In this document: one piece after another, positions 45,723 through 55,075 of the stretch | How positions within the stretch are numbered: position 1 is the first letter of the stretch | How the letters are laid out: each line of letters opens with the position of its first letter | IMG/VR virus record: IMGVR_UViG_3300019487_000032 | Span: 625 to 64,624 of that record | Strand: one strand, 5' to 3' | Source of the DNA: a virus | Length of the DNA stretch: 64,000 bases | The notes under the pieces: model-generated | What the model was told of the DNA's origin: nothing | Databases searched by the model: none | Seen by the model: the letters and a program-made list of their open reading frames with translations, nothing else | Translations under genes and position numbers: made by a program

Positions 45723-47440
45723 CAACCGAATCGACGACGACGATCGCCCACTTCCGGATCTCCGGCGCTGACTTCACGCGCATCGTGCGCGAGCGCCTAC
45801 TCGAAGACGCGCCCGGCCACGCGTGGCGTATCGCGAGCAGCTTGCTCAACGACGCCGAGAGCGATCGCCAGGACGGCATTGCTGATCTTGCGCTCAGCCT
45901 GCTCAATGGCACCAAGAAGCTCGTCGGCAGCGAGCGCGACATGAAGGCCGTGAAGGAGCCGAAAGCCGTGACCGAGAGCCACATGACGCGCGTGCGCGAG
46001 GTCTACGCCGGCCGGATCCGCATCCGCGACACGTGGTACCGGCCGTACGCGTACGTCAGCAACATGGGCCCGCGCGACATGCGGAACGACCACGGCATGC
46101 CCGTGTATCGCAAGGGCACGAACCGCGGCTACGAGAACCGCGCGTGGCACTACTGCGGCAAGGACGAGATCGTCGTCGACAACACGAGCTTCTCCGATCC
46201 CACGTACCCGAGCATCAAGCGCGAAGTGATCTTCCGGCGCTGCGGTGAGCGTCCGCACTGGATGGACGTGCCACTCTCGCCGCAAGCCGCGCTCGACGAG
46301 TACTTGACCTTCCACGGGCTCGAAGAACGCAGCCACAGCGACTGGTACGGCGACGATGTGCCGCGTCACTGGAGTGATGCATCCGACGACGATCTCACCG
46401 ATTCGGTCTACGCCGAGCGCGTCACGCGTGAGCGCAACGAGCTGAAGAAGGGCAACCTGCTGCCCATGAACGCGCGCATCAACGCCGAGCTGGAACTGGC
46501 GCAGGAACTCGACGAAGACGATCGCCCCGAGGTGCAGGCGCTGCGCAACGATCCTCAGAGGATCGTAGAGCAGGCACACGCGATCGCCCCCGGTCTCGGT
46601 GTACTTGCTGAGATGCTCGACGAGCATGACCCGACAGCGCTCGCGAAGATCCAGCCCGAGACGGCGTACGAGCAGGAAGCTGCGCGACTGCGTGACGAGT
46701 ACCGGCTCGCGCAAGAGATCGACGACGAAGATGCGCGTGAGGACGCCGAGGAAGCCATCGAGCGCGACCAGGAAGCGCTCCGGCTCAAGCGGCTCGGACA
46801 GCTCCGTGAGCAGATCCTGAAGCAAGCGGGCGACGACCTGCTCGATCTCACCTGGCCGGCGACCGAACGCACCAAGGCCGGTAGCGCGAAGGTTCCCCGC
46901 GCGCCGTTCCTGCACTGGGCGTTCGCGCGCATGAAGCTGTTCGAGGCGCAGCTGCCACCGTGGCAGACGGTGAGCCCCATCGGGCTCAAGATGATGAACG
47001 ACGACCCGTTCCATACCGACTGGGTGATCGGCGCTGGACTCGATCCGGACGATCGCTCGCTGCTCTACTACCCGGGCCCCGTTGCCGACGCGGCGATGAA
47101 ACTCTCACACGAGCTGCAGGACAAGTTCGACGAGCCGTCCGACGTTCACGTGCTCGTCGACGGACCGTACGCGAGCGGCACCGTCTACCACGGTCGCAAG
47201 AAGAAGCCCTCGCCCGACGGCGCGATCGTCGTGCTGCCGAACCTGCACCCCGACTATCTCGAAGCGATCGCCGACGCCGCCGCAGTCATCACCGAGGAAG
47301 GCGGTGCTGTCGCACATCTGGCTCAAGTCGGGCGCGAGCGGAATCTGCCGATCGTCCGGATCGCTGGAGCGATCGAGCGTTTCGACGCGGGTGGCGAGGT
47401 CAGCGTCGACACGGCGACGCGCACGGTGCGGGGGTACTAG
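45719..47440 (+). CDS. Large hypothetical protein with C-terminal PEP-utilising enzyme mobile (phospho-His swivel) domain
   Basis: IVVLPNLHPDY..AVITEEGGAVAHLAQVGRERNLPIV..GEVSVD. Confidence 0.8.
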   Translation: MTTESTTTIAHFRISGADFTRIVRERLLEDAPGHAWRIASSLLNDAESDRQDGIADLALSLLNGTKKLVGSERDMKAVKEPKAVTESHMTRVREVYAGRIRIRDTWYRPYAYVSNMGPRDMRNDHGMPVYRKGTNRGYENRAWHYCGKDEIVVDNTSFSDPTYPSIKREVIFRRCGERPHWMDVPLSPQAALDEYLTFHGLEERSHSDWYGDDVPRHWSDASDDDLTDSVYAERVTRERNELKKGNLLPMNARINAELELAQELDEDDRPEVQALRNDPQRIVEQAHAIAPGLGVLAEMLDEHDPTALAKIQPETAYEQEAARLRDEYRLAQEIDDEDAREDAEEAIERDQEALRLKRLGQLREQILKQAGDDLLDLTWPATERTKAGSAKVPRAPFLHWAFARMKLFEAQLPPWQTVSPIGLKMMNDDPFHTDWVIGAGLDPDDRSLLYYPGPVADAAMKLSHELQDKFDEPSDVHVLVDGPYASGTVYHGRKKKPSPDGAIVVLPNLHPDYLEAIADAAAVITEEGGAVAHLAQVGRERNLPIVRIAGAIERFDAGGEVSVDTATRTVRGY

Positions 47441-47599
47441 GTGAACGAGTTCATGATCAGCGGCTGGATCGAGCGGCACGTACCGCCGGGCAAGTATCTG
47501 ACCGAGGTCCAACGCGAGATCCTCAAGTCGGCGCTGATGCGCGACGACACGAAGAAGGCCAAGCAGATGTTGATCGACTGGAAAGTGATCAAGCCATGA
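47441..47599 (+). CDS. Small hypothetical protein
   Basis: GTG right after the upstream stop; ATGA overlap downstream. Confidence 0.5.
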   Translation: MNEFMISGWIERHVPPGKYLTEVQREILKSALMRDDTKKAKQMLIDWKVIKP

Positions 47600-47898
47600 C
47601 CCTCGACGAGATGAAGCTGCTCTACACCAAGACGATGGGCGCCGTCGCACGCATGGACCTGACGACGTCGAAGACGTTCACGTTGCGTGTGTGGGACGGC
47701 ATGGACGGCGTCTGGTGTGACGTCGTCGCGAACGTCGAACTCGGATTCGCGCTGCGCGAGTGGTGCAAGCAGACCGAGGACGGTACGAAGCGCACGTGCT
47801 ACGACGACATCGACTACTACAAGATCTTCCCCGCAGATCGTCACATGCTGTTCAGCGACGGTTTCACGATGCGTGACATGGGAGAGGACGACCGATGA
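47596..47898 (+). CDS. Hypothetical protein
   Basis: ATGA overlaps on both sides. Confidence 0.65.
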   Translation: MTLDEMKLLYTKTMGAVARMDLTTSKTFTLRVWDGMDGVWCDVVANVELGFALREWCKQTEDGTKRTCYDDIDYYKIFPADRHMLFSDGFTMRDMGEDDR

Positions 47899-48749
47899 AG
47901 GTTCTGAAGGGCTACGTCAACTGGATGGAAGGGCGCGAGAACCGCCCGAACATGTATCTGCTCGTCGACAAGATCCCCGCGCTCGACGCGATGCGGTTCC
48001 GTCTGCACGACAAGGGCGGCACGATCAACGGCGGGCTCTACTTCGCCGAGAACGACGGCTACTGCCGGTTCTTTTCGCACTACAGCAACACGCCCGACGG
48101 CAACGGCGGCGGCTTCGGTGGGCGCTCGTTCGACCTCACGATGATCGATGGCACACCCAAGACGTTGCGCGGGCCGTGGTCCTCGAACGCAGGCGAGATG
48201 AACGAACGCGGCTTCGGACCGTGCACCGAGGCGTATCTGACGATGGACGCCGATGCGTTCGCGCGCGGTCACGCGTTCACACACGGCGCTGTGCTGCTCT
48301 CCAAGCTCCGCGAAGCTGCCGATCGGATCGCTGTTGGGACTGGGTACACGTGGCGTCCCGGCGCGATGTACGCGTCCGAGGTCACGTTCCCGACCGGTTC
48401 GCGGTTCGCGCTCGCCTGCAACGGCCACGTCACGACAGCGCACCGTGAGGGCCGTGAGCAGAAGTTCGTCGCGCGGCCCGAGGTCTTCCCCGACGGAGCG
48501 CTGATCGAGAACATCCGTGAGGCGTTGCAGGCAGCGCTTGCGCTTGATGGTCATACGCGCCGCTCGCCCTGGGATCAGGCAGCTTCGGGCTCGAAACTCG
48601 TCGGCCACGAGCTAGCCTACGAGATCGGCGAGCGCTACCGCCGGCACGTGCCCTACGAGCCGATCGACACCCTGCTTTCGTTGTCAAGTTACGAGGCCGC
48701 GGTTCAGTTTCCCGACGGAGAATACTGGGTCAAGCCGGCTACGACCTGA
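47895..48749 (+). CDS. Hypothetical protein
   Basis: GGAGAGG RBS; 284 aa. Confidence 0.75.
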   Translation: MKVLKGYVNWMEGRENRPNMYLLVDKIPALDAMRFRLHDKGGTINGGLYFAENDGYCRFFSHYSNTPDGNGGGFGGRSFDLTMIDGTPKTLRGPWSSNAGEMNERGFGPCTEAYLTMDADAFARGHAFTHGAVLLSKLREAADRIAVGTGYTWRPGAMYASEVTFPTGSRFALACNGHVTTAHREGREQKFVARPEVFPDGALIENIREALQAALALDGHTRRSPWDQAASGSKLVGHELAYEIGERYRRHVPYEPIDTLLSLSSYEAAVQFPDGEYWVKPATT

Positions 48750-48754
48750 AGGTC

Positions 48755-48806
48755 GATCGCTCTTGCGATAATACTCTTGACTTAGTCCCAGCAGCGATCG
48801 TACAAC
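48755..48806 (+). promoter_or_regulatory. Degenerate palindrome plus early-type promoter
   Basis: GATCGCTCTTGCGATA, then TACTC-TTGACT-N18-TACAAC. Confidence 0.65.
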
Positions 48807-48855
48807 TGGGGTACAAGATCGCTGAACCGAGCAACCACTAGGGAGTCAAGAGAAC

Positions 48856-49938
48856 ATGGCACTGTCATTCGCCCAAGCTAAGAAGGCCCTGATCGCGTGC
48901 GTCGAGGCCGGCATCACCCCATTGCTCGTCGGGCCGCCCGGCGTCGGCAAGACCGCGCTCATGCGCGTTGTCGCGGCCGAGGTCAACAAGCCCTGCCACG
49001 AGCTGCTGGCCAGCAACTGCGACGCGGTTGACATCGCGGGCCTGCCCTACGTCGTGAACGGCGTGCTGATGCGGGCGCTGATCCAGCAGATCAAGGCTTG
49101 CGTGGATGCCCCGGGCATCCTGTTCCTGGACGAGCTGACCAGCGTGCCGCCGAGCGTTCAGGCGCCGCTGATGCGGCTCCTGCTCGAACACGTTGCGGGC
49201 AATGACCGGCTGCACCCGGAGAGCTGCGTCGTCGGCGCCGCGAACCGCCCCGAGGAGTGTCCCGGCGGCATCGAGATGTCGGCTGCGAGCATCAACCGCG
49301 TCATCAAGCTGATCGACTACATCCCGACGATCGACGAGCTGCGCGGGTTCTACGAGACGGTCGGTGACGAGGGCTCGCGCATGCGCGAGGAGTTCCTCGA
49401 CTTCTCCGCGACGCTCACGGTCAACGCGGACTTGCTCGACATGAGCCCGCCCCGTGCGTCGATCGACGCGGGCGTGCCGTTCGGTTCGCCGCGCGCGTGG
49501 GAGCGTGGGCTCCGCGCGTACTCGCACTACTGCGACAAGGCCAACATCGGCTTCAACGTCGGCAAGGACGAGGACGACATCGGCTACGCTATTCTCGGCG
49601 GCGCTGTCGGCGAGCACAAGGCGAGCATGTTCCTCGGTATCCGCAAGCTCCGTAAGTACCTGCCGTCGATCGACGAGATCATCGCGGAGCCGACGAAGGC
49701 AAAGGTGCCCGAGCAGAAGGATCGCCAGATCGCGGCCGTCGGCCTGCTCTCGCGTGTCGCCGAGAAGGATCTCTGGTGCGCGTGGCTCTACACCGAGCGC
49801 CTGCTACCCGAGATCAGCGCCGCCTGCGCACGTGTTCTCATGACCCGCCAGGGCACGCCCGGCTCGTCGAAGTGGTTCCAGGCAGGCAAGAAGGCCCAGA
49901 TCGACGCGCTCGCCAAGGTGCGTCGGGCAATGCAGTAA
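48856..49938 (+). CDS. MoxR/dynein-related AAA+ ATPase
   Basis: VGPPGVGKT, ILFLDEL, GAANRP, SPRAW. Confidence 0.88.
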   Translation: MALSFAQAKKALIACVEAGITPLLVGPPGVGKTALMRVVAAEVNKPCHELLASNCDAVDIAGLPYVVNGVLMRALIQQIKACVDAPGILFLDELTSVPPSVQAPLMRLLLEHVAGNDRLHPESCVVGAANRPEECPGGIEMSAASINRVIKLIDYIPTIDELRGFYETVGDEGSRMREEFLDFSATLTVNADLLDMSPPRASIDAGVPFGSPRAWERGLRAYSHYCDKANIGFNVGKDEDDIGYAILGGAVGEHKASMFLGIRKLRKYLPSIDEIIAEPTKAKVPEQKDRQIAAVGLLSRVAEKDLWCAWLYTERLLPEISAACARVLMTRQGTPGSSKWFQAGKKAQIDALAKVRRAMQ

Positions 49939-49974
49939 CATCCGAAGCAGCACACTCCGTCGAGGACAACGACC

Positions 49975-51261
49975 ATGGCACGCTCCAGCAACACCTCAGC
50001 CGAGCCCCAAACCAACGGGCACCGCCGCATCGACCCTGACGTCGCTGCTGCGCTCGTCAAACGCTGTAAGGCGCAGGCGATGTCGCTCGGTTGGAAGTCG
50101 CCGTTCTTCTTGCCCGCGATCGCGCGCATCGAGTTCATCGCTGCGAACTTCCCGCCGACGGCGTGCGTCGACTTGCGTGGACGCATCCGCGTCAACCCGG
50201 AGTTCGCCGCGACACTCAAGGACACCGAGTTGCAGTTCGTGATCGCGCACGAGCTGATGCACTTGCTGATGCTCCACCACGACCGCCGCGCGAACCGTGA
50301 GCCCGTGCGCTGGAACATCGCGACCGACCTGATCATCAACCGCACGCTCAAGAACGCGTCGGCAGCGATGGGTGCGGGCGCGTTCACGATGCCCTCGGTT
50401 GGAATCATTGCCGACGAAAGCCAGGCCGAAATGACGGCCGAGCAGCTCTACAGCGAGATCCCCGAGCCGAGCGCGCAGCAACGCGCCCAGGCGCAGGCCG
50501 GTCAGACGCCGGTCGGCGCCGGCTGCGGCCCCGTCCCCGGCGACGGCAGTGACGGCCAGGACGACGACGGGGATGGCGGCGGCGGCAAGACCGAAGATCA
50601 ACTCAAGCGCGATTGGCGTGAATGCGCGGCGCAGAGCCAGATGTCGGGCCGCCAGGCCGGTACGCAGGACGGCAACCTGCTCGCCGACATCCTCGACATT
50701 CCGCCGCCGAAGGTCCGCTGGGCCGAAGTGCTCCGCGGCGCGCTTCACCGCGCGATCGCCGAAGCAGGCCGTGACGACGTCTCGTGGTCGCGCCGATCGC
50801 GCCGCTCGGGCACCGAGATCATTCTGCCCGGTGGCATCACGTACCGCTGCAAGGCTTCGGTCGTGATCGACTCGTCGGGCTCAATGTCCGACGAGGATCT
50901 CAGCCGCTGCGTTGCCGAGACCACAGCCATCGTTAACAACTGCCGCGTGCCGGTGTTCCTCGTCGTGCATGACCACTGCGTCCAAGAGGCATGCTGGATC
51001 CGGCCGGGTGCGCGCAACGTCGTCCACTCGAACATCAAGAAGAAAATGAAGGGGCGCGGCGGTACGAGCTTCGACGAAGCCTACGATCGCGTCGAGAAGG
51101 AACCGGGCAAGTTCAACGTCATGGTCCACCTCACCGACGGTGAGGTCTATGACTGGCCCGAACGTCCGAGTAGTGTTCGTCGCCTCGTCGTCGCCCTGCT
51201 GGGCTCGGCGAACGAGACGCACGCACCCGCGGACGCGCGTATCATCGAAGTCGAGCTGTGA
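49975..51261 (+). CDS. DUF2201-type putative metallopeptidase with VWA domain
   Basis: FVIAHELMHLL, WNIATDLIIN; MIDAS VVIDSSGSM, GGTSF, TDG. Confidence 0.85.
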   Translation: MARSSNTSAEPQTNGHRRIDPDVAAALVKRCKAQAMSLGWKSPFFLPAIARIEFIAANFPPTACVDLRGRIRVNPEFAATLKDTELQFVIAHELMHLLMLHHDRRANREPVRWNIATDLIINRTLKNASAAMGAGAFTMPSVGIIADESQAEMTAEQLYSEIPEPSAQQRAQAQAGQTPVGAGCGPVPGDGSDGQDDDGDGGGGKTEDQLKRDWRECAAQSQMSGRQAGTQDGNLLADILDIPPPKVRWAEVLRGALHRAIAEAGRDDVSWSRRSRRSGTEIILPGGITYRCKASVVIDSSGSMSDEDLSRCVAETTAIVNNCRVPVFLVVHDHCVQEACWIRPGARNVVHSNIKKKMKGRGGTSFDEAYDRVEKEPGKFNVMVHLTDGEVYDWPERPSSVRRLVVALLGSANETHAPADARIIEVEL

Positions 51262-51305
51262 CACTGGCGCCCGCCAGCGTCGGTGACTACTAGGGGAGAA
51301 GAGCC

Positions 51306-52142
51306 ATGTCGAAGAGCAAGAAGAGCAGCGTCAAGAAGTCCGAGGGCGTTTTCCACTTCCGGCCGGGGTGGATGATGGTCGATTGTTCGTCGGCCAGCGG
51401 CGGTATCAGCTACGACCGCGAGCTGCTCGGCGAGGAGCCGATCAACCGCAAGCGCGGTCTGCAGGTTGACCACAAGACGCGCAAGACCGTCGACAACGTC
51501 GAGTTTTGCGCGGCGGTCGACGCCGTCGTCAAGAAGGTTGACTACGTGCTGCGCAAGCACTGTGCGCGTACCGACATGGGCTGGTTCGCCGACGACAGCG
51601 TGCTCCACAAGGTCAAGGCCGAGGTCGCCGAGATCATGAAAGAGGCCGAGGAGCTGAACACGAACGGCGCAAAGAAGGCCAAGAGCGCTCGCCGCGCGAA
51701 GATCCGCGTCGTGCCGCTCAAGCTCGACCTCGCGAAGCCCGAAGCCGTCCAGGAGATCGCTGGCACGATCCGCAGCGTGCTGATCGAGCTGCGTGACGCG
51801 CTCAAGGCCGGTGACCTCGCATCTCTGCACAAACTCCGCATCCGGTCGCGCAACTTGGAGAAGCTCGCTGTCGGCTTCCAGAGCGACGCAATCAAGTTCG
51901 CACTGGAGCGCGTGCCGCTTGCCGCTGCCGAGATCCGCGAGGCTGTGAAGCACGCGACCCGCGCCGCGAAGAACGACGGCGAGGACAAGGACAAGGTCAC
52001 TGAGGTCGGCGAGATCGCCGCGAAGCGTGCGGGCGGCAAGGTCGACGTCGAGTCGATCGAGGCAGCGATCGCCCACTTCGAGGAGTCGCCGCTCGCGGGC
52101 ACGACCACCGATAGCGAAGACGACGTCGACGAAGCAGCGTAA
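51306..52142 (+). CDS. Hypothetical helical protein (third gene of the AAA/VWA module)
   Basis: GGGGAG RBS; 278 aa; acidic tail. Confidence 0.75.
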   Translation: MSKSKKSSVKKSEGVFHFRPGWMMVDCSSASGGISYDRELLGEEPINRKRGLQVDHKTRKTVDNVEFCAAVDAVVKKVDYVLRKHCARTDMGWFADDSVLHKVKAEVAEIMKEAEELNTNGAKKAKSARRAKIRVVPLKLDLAKPEAVQEIAGTIRSVLIELRDALKAGDLASLHKLRIRSRNLEKLAVGFQSDAIKFALERVPLAAAEIREAVKHATRAAKNDGEDKDKVTEVGEIAAKRAGGKVDVESIEAAIAHFEESPLAGTTTDSEDDVDEAA

Positions 52143-52145
52143 GCC

Positions 52146-52286
52146 GTGCCGTTCATCTACGTCGGCGCCGGGCTGATGTTGATCGGCTACGGCGGCCTAG
52201 CCTTCCTGCGCGTGCGAGACGTTGTCCGCGAACGTCGAGCCCGCAAGACCTGTCCACAGCTACCGCCTGCGAGGGTTCAGTCATGA
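52146..52286 (+). CDS. Small membrane peptide
   Basis: GTG start, MPFIYVGAGLMLIGYGGLAFL...; ATGA overlap downstream. Confidence 0.45.
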   Translation: MPFIYVGAGLMLIGYGGLAFLRVRDVVRERRARKTCPQLPPARVQS

Positions 52287-52627
52287 GCGACGAGGAGCAT
52301 CAACAGGGCGCGTGGTTGCAGGACGCGATCAAGAACGCGAAGCAGAGTGCGTTGCCGATCCTGATCCAAGACTTCGACATGGGGTTCGATCCAGACAACC
52401 CGCTCGACGTCGAATCGTATGTCGATGCCATCGAGCTTGCGCTGCTGGCCGTCACGGGCGACGTCACCGAGGCCAAGCTGCGCGAAGCGCTCAGGCCGAT
52501 CGCTGAGATGTTCGCCGAGCCGATCGGCGCCGAGTGGCAGAAAGTCGCGGACGCGATCATCGGCACGCTCGAATGGTCCCCGCCCGACAAGAAGGCGCAC
52601 GTGCTCGACTCGTGGGGCGGCCGATGA
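52283..52627 (+). CDS. Hypothetical acidic protein
   Basis: Operon packing. Confidence 0.65.
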   Translation: MSDEEHQQGAWLQDAIKNAKQSALPILIQDFDMGFDPDNPLDVESYVDAIELALLAVTGDVTEAKLREALRPIAEMFAEPIGAEWQKVADAIIGTLEWSPPDKKAHVLDSWGGR

Positions 52628-52923
52628 GCACCGAGGGCGCTCCGTCGGCGCAACTTCTCAATGAGCTTCGCGAGGTGCAGGTCACGCTCGCGTTCTTCGA
52701 GTACTGGCTGTCGGTCGGCAAGTTCGAGTACGTCGACGAGATGCTGCAACGCTTCCCTGTCGAAGCTGCTGTGCCCGCGACGTCGCTCGCCATCCTGACC
52801 GTCACCTTCGACGGCAAAGACATGCTCAAGCATCGCGCAGCGTTCCTCGCGCGCGTTGCAGACAAGCTCGCCACAACGCTCGGTGTCGAACGCGCTGAGC
52901 GTCTCCTGGAGTACCGACGATGA
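52624..52923 (+). CDS. Hypothetical protein
   Basis: ATGA overlaps. Confidence 0.65.
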   Translation: MSTEGAPSAQLLNELREVQVTLAFFEYWLSVGKFEYVDEMLQRFPVEAAVPATSLAILTVTFDGKDMLKHRAAFLARVADKLATTLGVERAERLLEYRR

Positions 52924-53282
52924 TGACCAAGCAGCGCCTCTGCGCGATCCTCGCCGAGATCAAGATCTTCGATCGCACGTTCAAGGTAACCGGCCCCGTG
53001 ACGGTGCAGGACGACGAAGACGTCACGTGTGGCTGGCACGTCCAGATCTGCTACTTCGAGCCCGACATCTCCAAGCCCAACGGCGACGCCGAGCTGCAGG
53101 AGTCGCGGCCGTGGTTCATCGCCGAGAGTGCGAGCGACACCGAGGTCGTGCACACGGTGTTTGCTGCAGTAATGCGCAGCTACGACCACGTGGTGCAAGA
53201 GCACTTCACGTACAAGGGCAAGCGCGTGTACTCGCCGCACTTCGCGCTCGAACAGCGCCTCAAGATGGCCGAGGACGCGTGA
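52920..53282 (+). CDS. Hypothetical protein
   Basis: ATGA overlap; HFTYKGKRVYSPH. Confidence 0.7.
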   Translation: MMTKQRLCAILAEIKIFDRTFKVTGPVTVQDDEDVTCGWHVQICYFEPDISKPNGDAELQESRPWFIAESASDTEVVHTVFAAVMRSYDHVVQEHFTYKGKRVYSPHFALEQRLKMAEDA

Positions 53283-53473
53283 CGTTCAAGAAGAAAGTCG
53301 CGGCACACTTCCCACTCGCACGCGCGATCGCGCTCTGGGTGTTCGCGATCTTGTTCGTCGGTTACAACAACGATCCCGAGCCTGATTTTGTCGTCGGTGT
53401 GCTCGTTCTCGTGTTCGGCGCGCTCGCCATCCTCGGCATTTTTCTCACGCCGACGACGCGAGGTGACACATGA
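53279..53473 (+). CDS. Small two-transmembrane protein
   Basis: Two hydrophobic segments; GTGA/ATGA overlaps. Confidence 0.6.
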   Translation: MTFKKKVAAHFPLARAIALWVFAILFVGYNNDPEPDFVVGVLVLVFGALAILGIFLTPTTRGDT

Positions 53474-53775
53474 AGAACGCGATCACTGTTGCAGAGTTCA
53501 TGGACAACATCATCACGTCCAAAAAGAAACGCGTACGCAAACCGCGTCCGCTGTCGCGCACGCAGCTCAAGATGCTGCGCAACGTTCGCGACGGCCGCGA
53601 CGCGTTCGACCACTGCCACAACATGTCCGAGTACGGCGGCGCCGACGGAACGTGGCGCTCGCTCGTACGGCTCGGCCTGCTCGTGTGGGAACAGAACGAT
53701 TTGGTGATCACCGCTGCGGGCCGCGATCGGCTTCGTGAACTGGAGATCCCCAAGGGTGGTGTACGAAACTCTTGA
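53470..53775 (+). CDS. Hypothetical protein, possible wHTH
   Basis: LSRTQLKML..TWRSLVRLGLL..ITAAGR. Confidence 0.65.
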   Translation: MKNAITVAEFMDNIITSKKKRVRKPRPLSRTQLKMLRNVRDGRDAFDHCHNMSEYGGADGTWRSLVRLGLLVWEQNDLVITAAGRDRLRELEIPKGGVRNS

Positions 53776-53810
53776 CTTGCCGTACAAAACGAACGTAACT
53801 CGGGGGAACC

Positions 53811-54065
53811 ATGCCAGGGACATTGCGGATCGAGACCAACACGCTGATGCCGCCGTTCGGCGTTGCAGAGGCGCTCGCACCCGTCAGCGGGACCGAGCTG
53901 TTCTTGTTCTGGCTGCAGACGCACACCGACCCGCTCGGCGCCAAGTTCTGGCGCACGGCGGTGATGCGCGAGTGCTTGCCCAACCCCGACGAGCTGACGT
54001 TCGTCGCGCTGTCGCCGGTCGTCCGTGAGCAGCCCCGCACCGCGCTCGTGAGGATCGCACTGTGA
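53811..54065 (+). CDS. Hypothetical protein
   Basis: GGGGG RBS; ACTCTTGACTT motif upstream (53768-53778). Confidence 0.6.
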   Translation: MPGTLRIETNTLMPPFGVAEALAPVSGTELFLFWLQTHTDPLGAKFWRTAVMRECLPNPDELTFVALSPVVREQPRTALVRIAL

Positions 54066-54343
54066 CTCTCGCGTCTCGACAGAAGGTTGCCGAGGCGCTC
54101 GCCAAGATCGTGCAGGCCGAGTACGTGCGCGCGCACGGTGTGCCGGCCCTCGTGCGACGTGGCATCCAGATCATGGCCGAGCAGGCCGAGCAGATGGGCC
54201 TCGCGCCCGAGGACATCCTGACCGTCGACGGTCGCGACGCGTTCATCACAATCGCTCGCGCGATCTTCGCTCCGTACCGCCCCAAGGCGCCGCGCAATCA
54301 GCTCGGCGCCGAGTGGCAGACCGTCATCCAACTAGCAGCGTGA
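54062..54343 (+). CDS. Hypothetical protein
   Basis: GTGA overlap. Confidence 0.65.
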   Translation: MTLASRQKVAEALAKIVQAEYVRAHGVPALVRRGIQIMAEQAEQMGLAPEDILTVDGRDAFITIARAIFAPYRPKAPRNQLGAEWQTVIQLAA

Positions 54344-54346
54344 GCC

Positions 54347-55075
54347 ATGACCTGCGAGCGCGACACACGCACCGGCATGTTCGGGACACACCTCTGGCTG
54401 GTGGATCTAAAGCAGGCTAGGAACCGCGACGGCCGTCCGCGCCGGCTCGTGATCGAGCCGTACTCGCCGCTGTCGCTCGGCACCGCGACGCGGCTCGATG
54501 CGTGGATCGAGGAGCAGCACCCGATCTACTTCTGGGAAACGAAGCACCCGAACCAGAAGCCGAAAGGGCCGCCGTCGTTTCGCCAGGAGTGGAAGCGCAT
54601 CGACGAGTCGTATCGTTCGGGCTGCACCGGCCTGCCGAGCGTCGGCTTCGCGATCATTCGCGCGCTCGCACGCGGTGAGCTAGTCGGCGAGTCTGCGAAG
54701 GAAGTGATGCACGACCTGTTCTGGTCGTGCTTCGTCAACGACGTCGACGGGCTCAACTACCTCGTCAAGTACGCCGACGCCGAGACCGGCGCGTTCTACG
54801 CACGGCAGCGCCTCGACTGGCAGCTCAACCAGCTCTCACGCGTCTCGTACGAGCGCACCAAGCCCAACGGCGACAAGGATCCGGTCGTCGAGCTGCTCAA
54901 GGCCACCGCACACGGCGACCACCCGCTGCTCGCTCTACGCGCGTGGGAACGCGCCGTCGTCGAGGACGGCTTCTACGAGGCGCTCGCGGCTATCGCCGCA
55001 CTGGCTGACTCGGACGAGCGCACCGCCAGCACGATCGCGTTTCTGAAGCTCCACAAGTCGAAGAGGACCCCGTGA
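54347..55075 (+). CDS. Hypothetical protein
   Basis: 242 aa; operon packing. Confidence 0.7.
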   Translation: MTCERDTRTGMFGTHLWLVDLKQARNRDGRPRRLVIEPYSPLSLGTATRLDAWIEEQHPIYFWETKHPNQKPKGPPSFRQEWKRIDESYRSGCTGLPSVGFAIIRALARGELVGESAKEVMHDLFWSCFVNDVDGLNYLVKYADAETGAFYARQRLDWQLNQLSRVSYERTKPNGDKDPVVELLKATAHGDHPLLALRAWERAVVEDGFYEALAAIAALADSDERTASTIAFLKLHKSKRTP

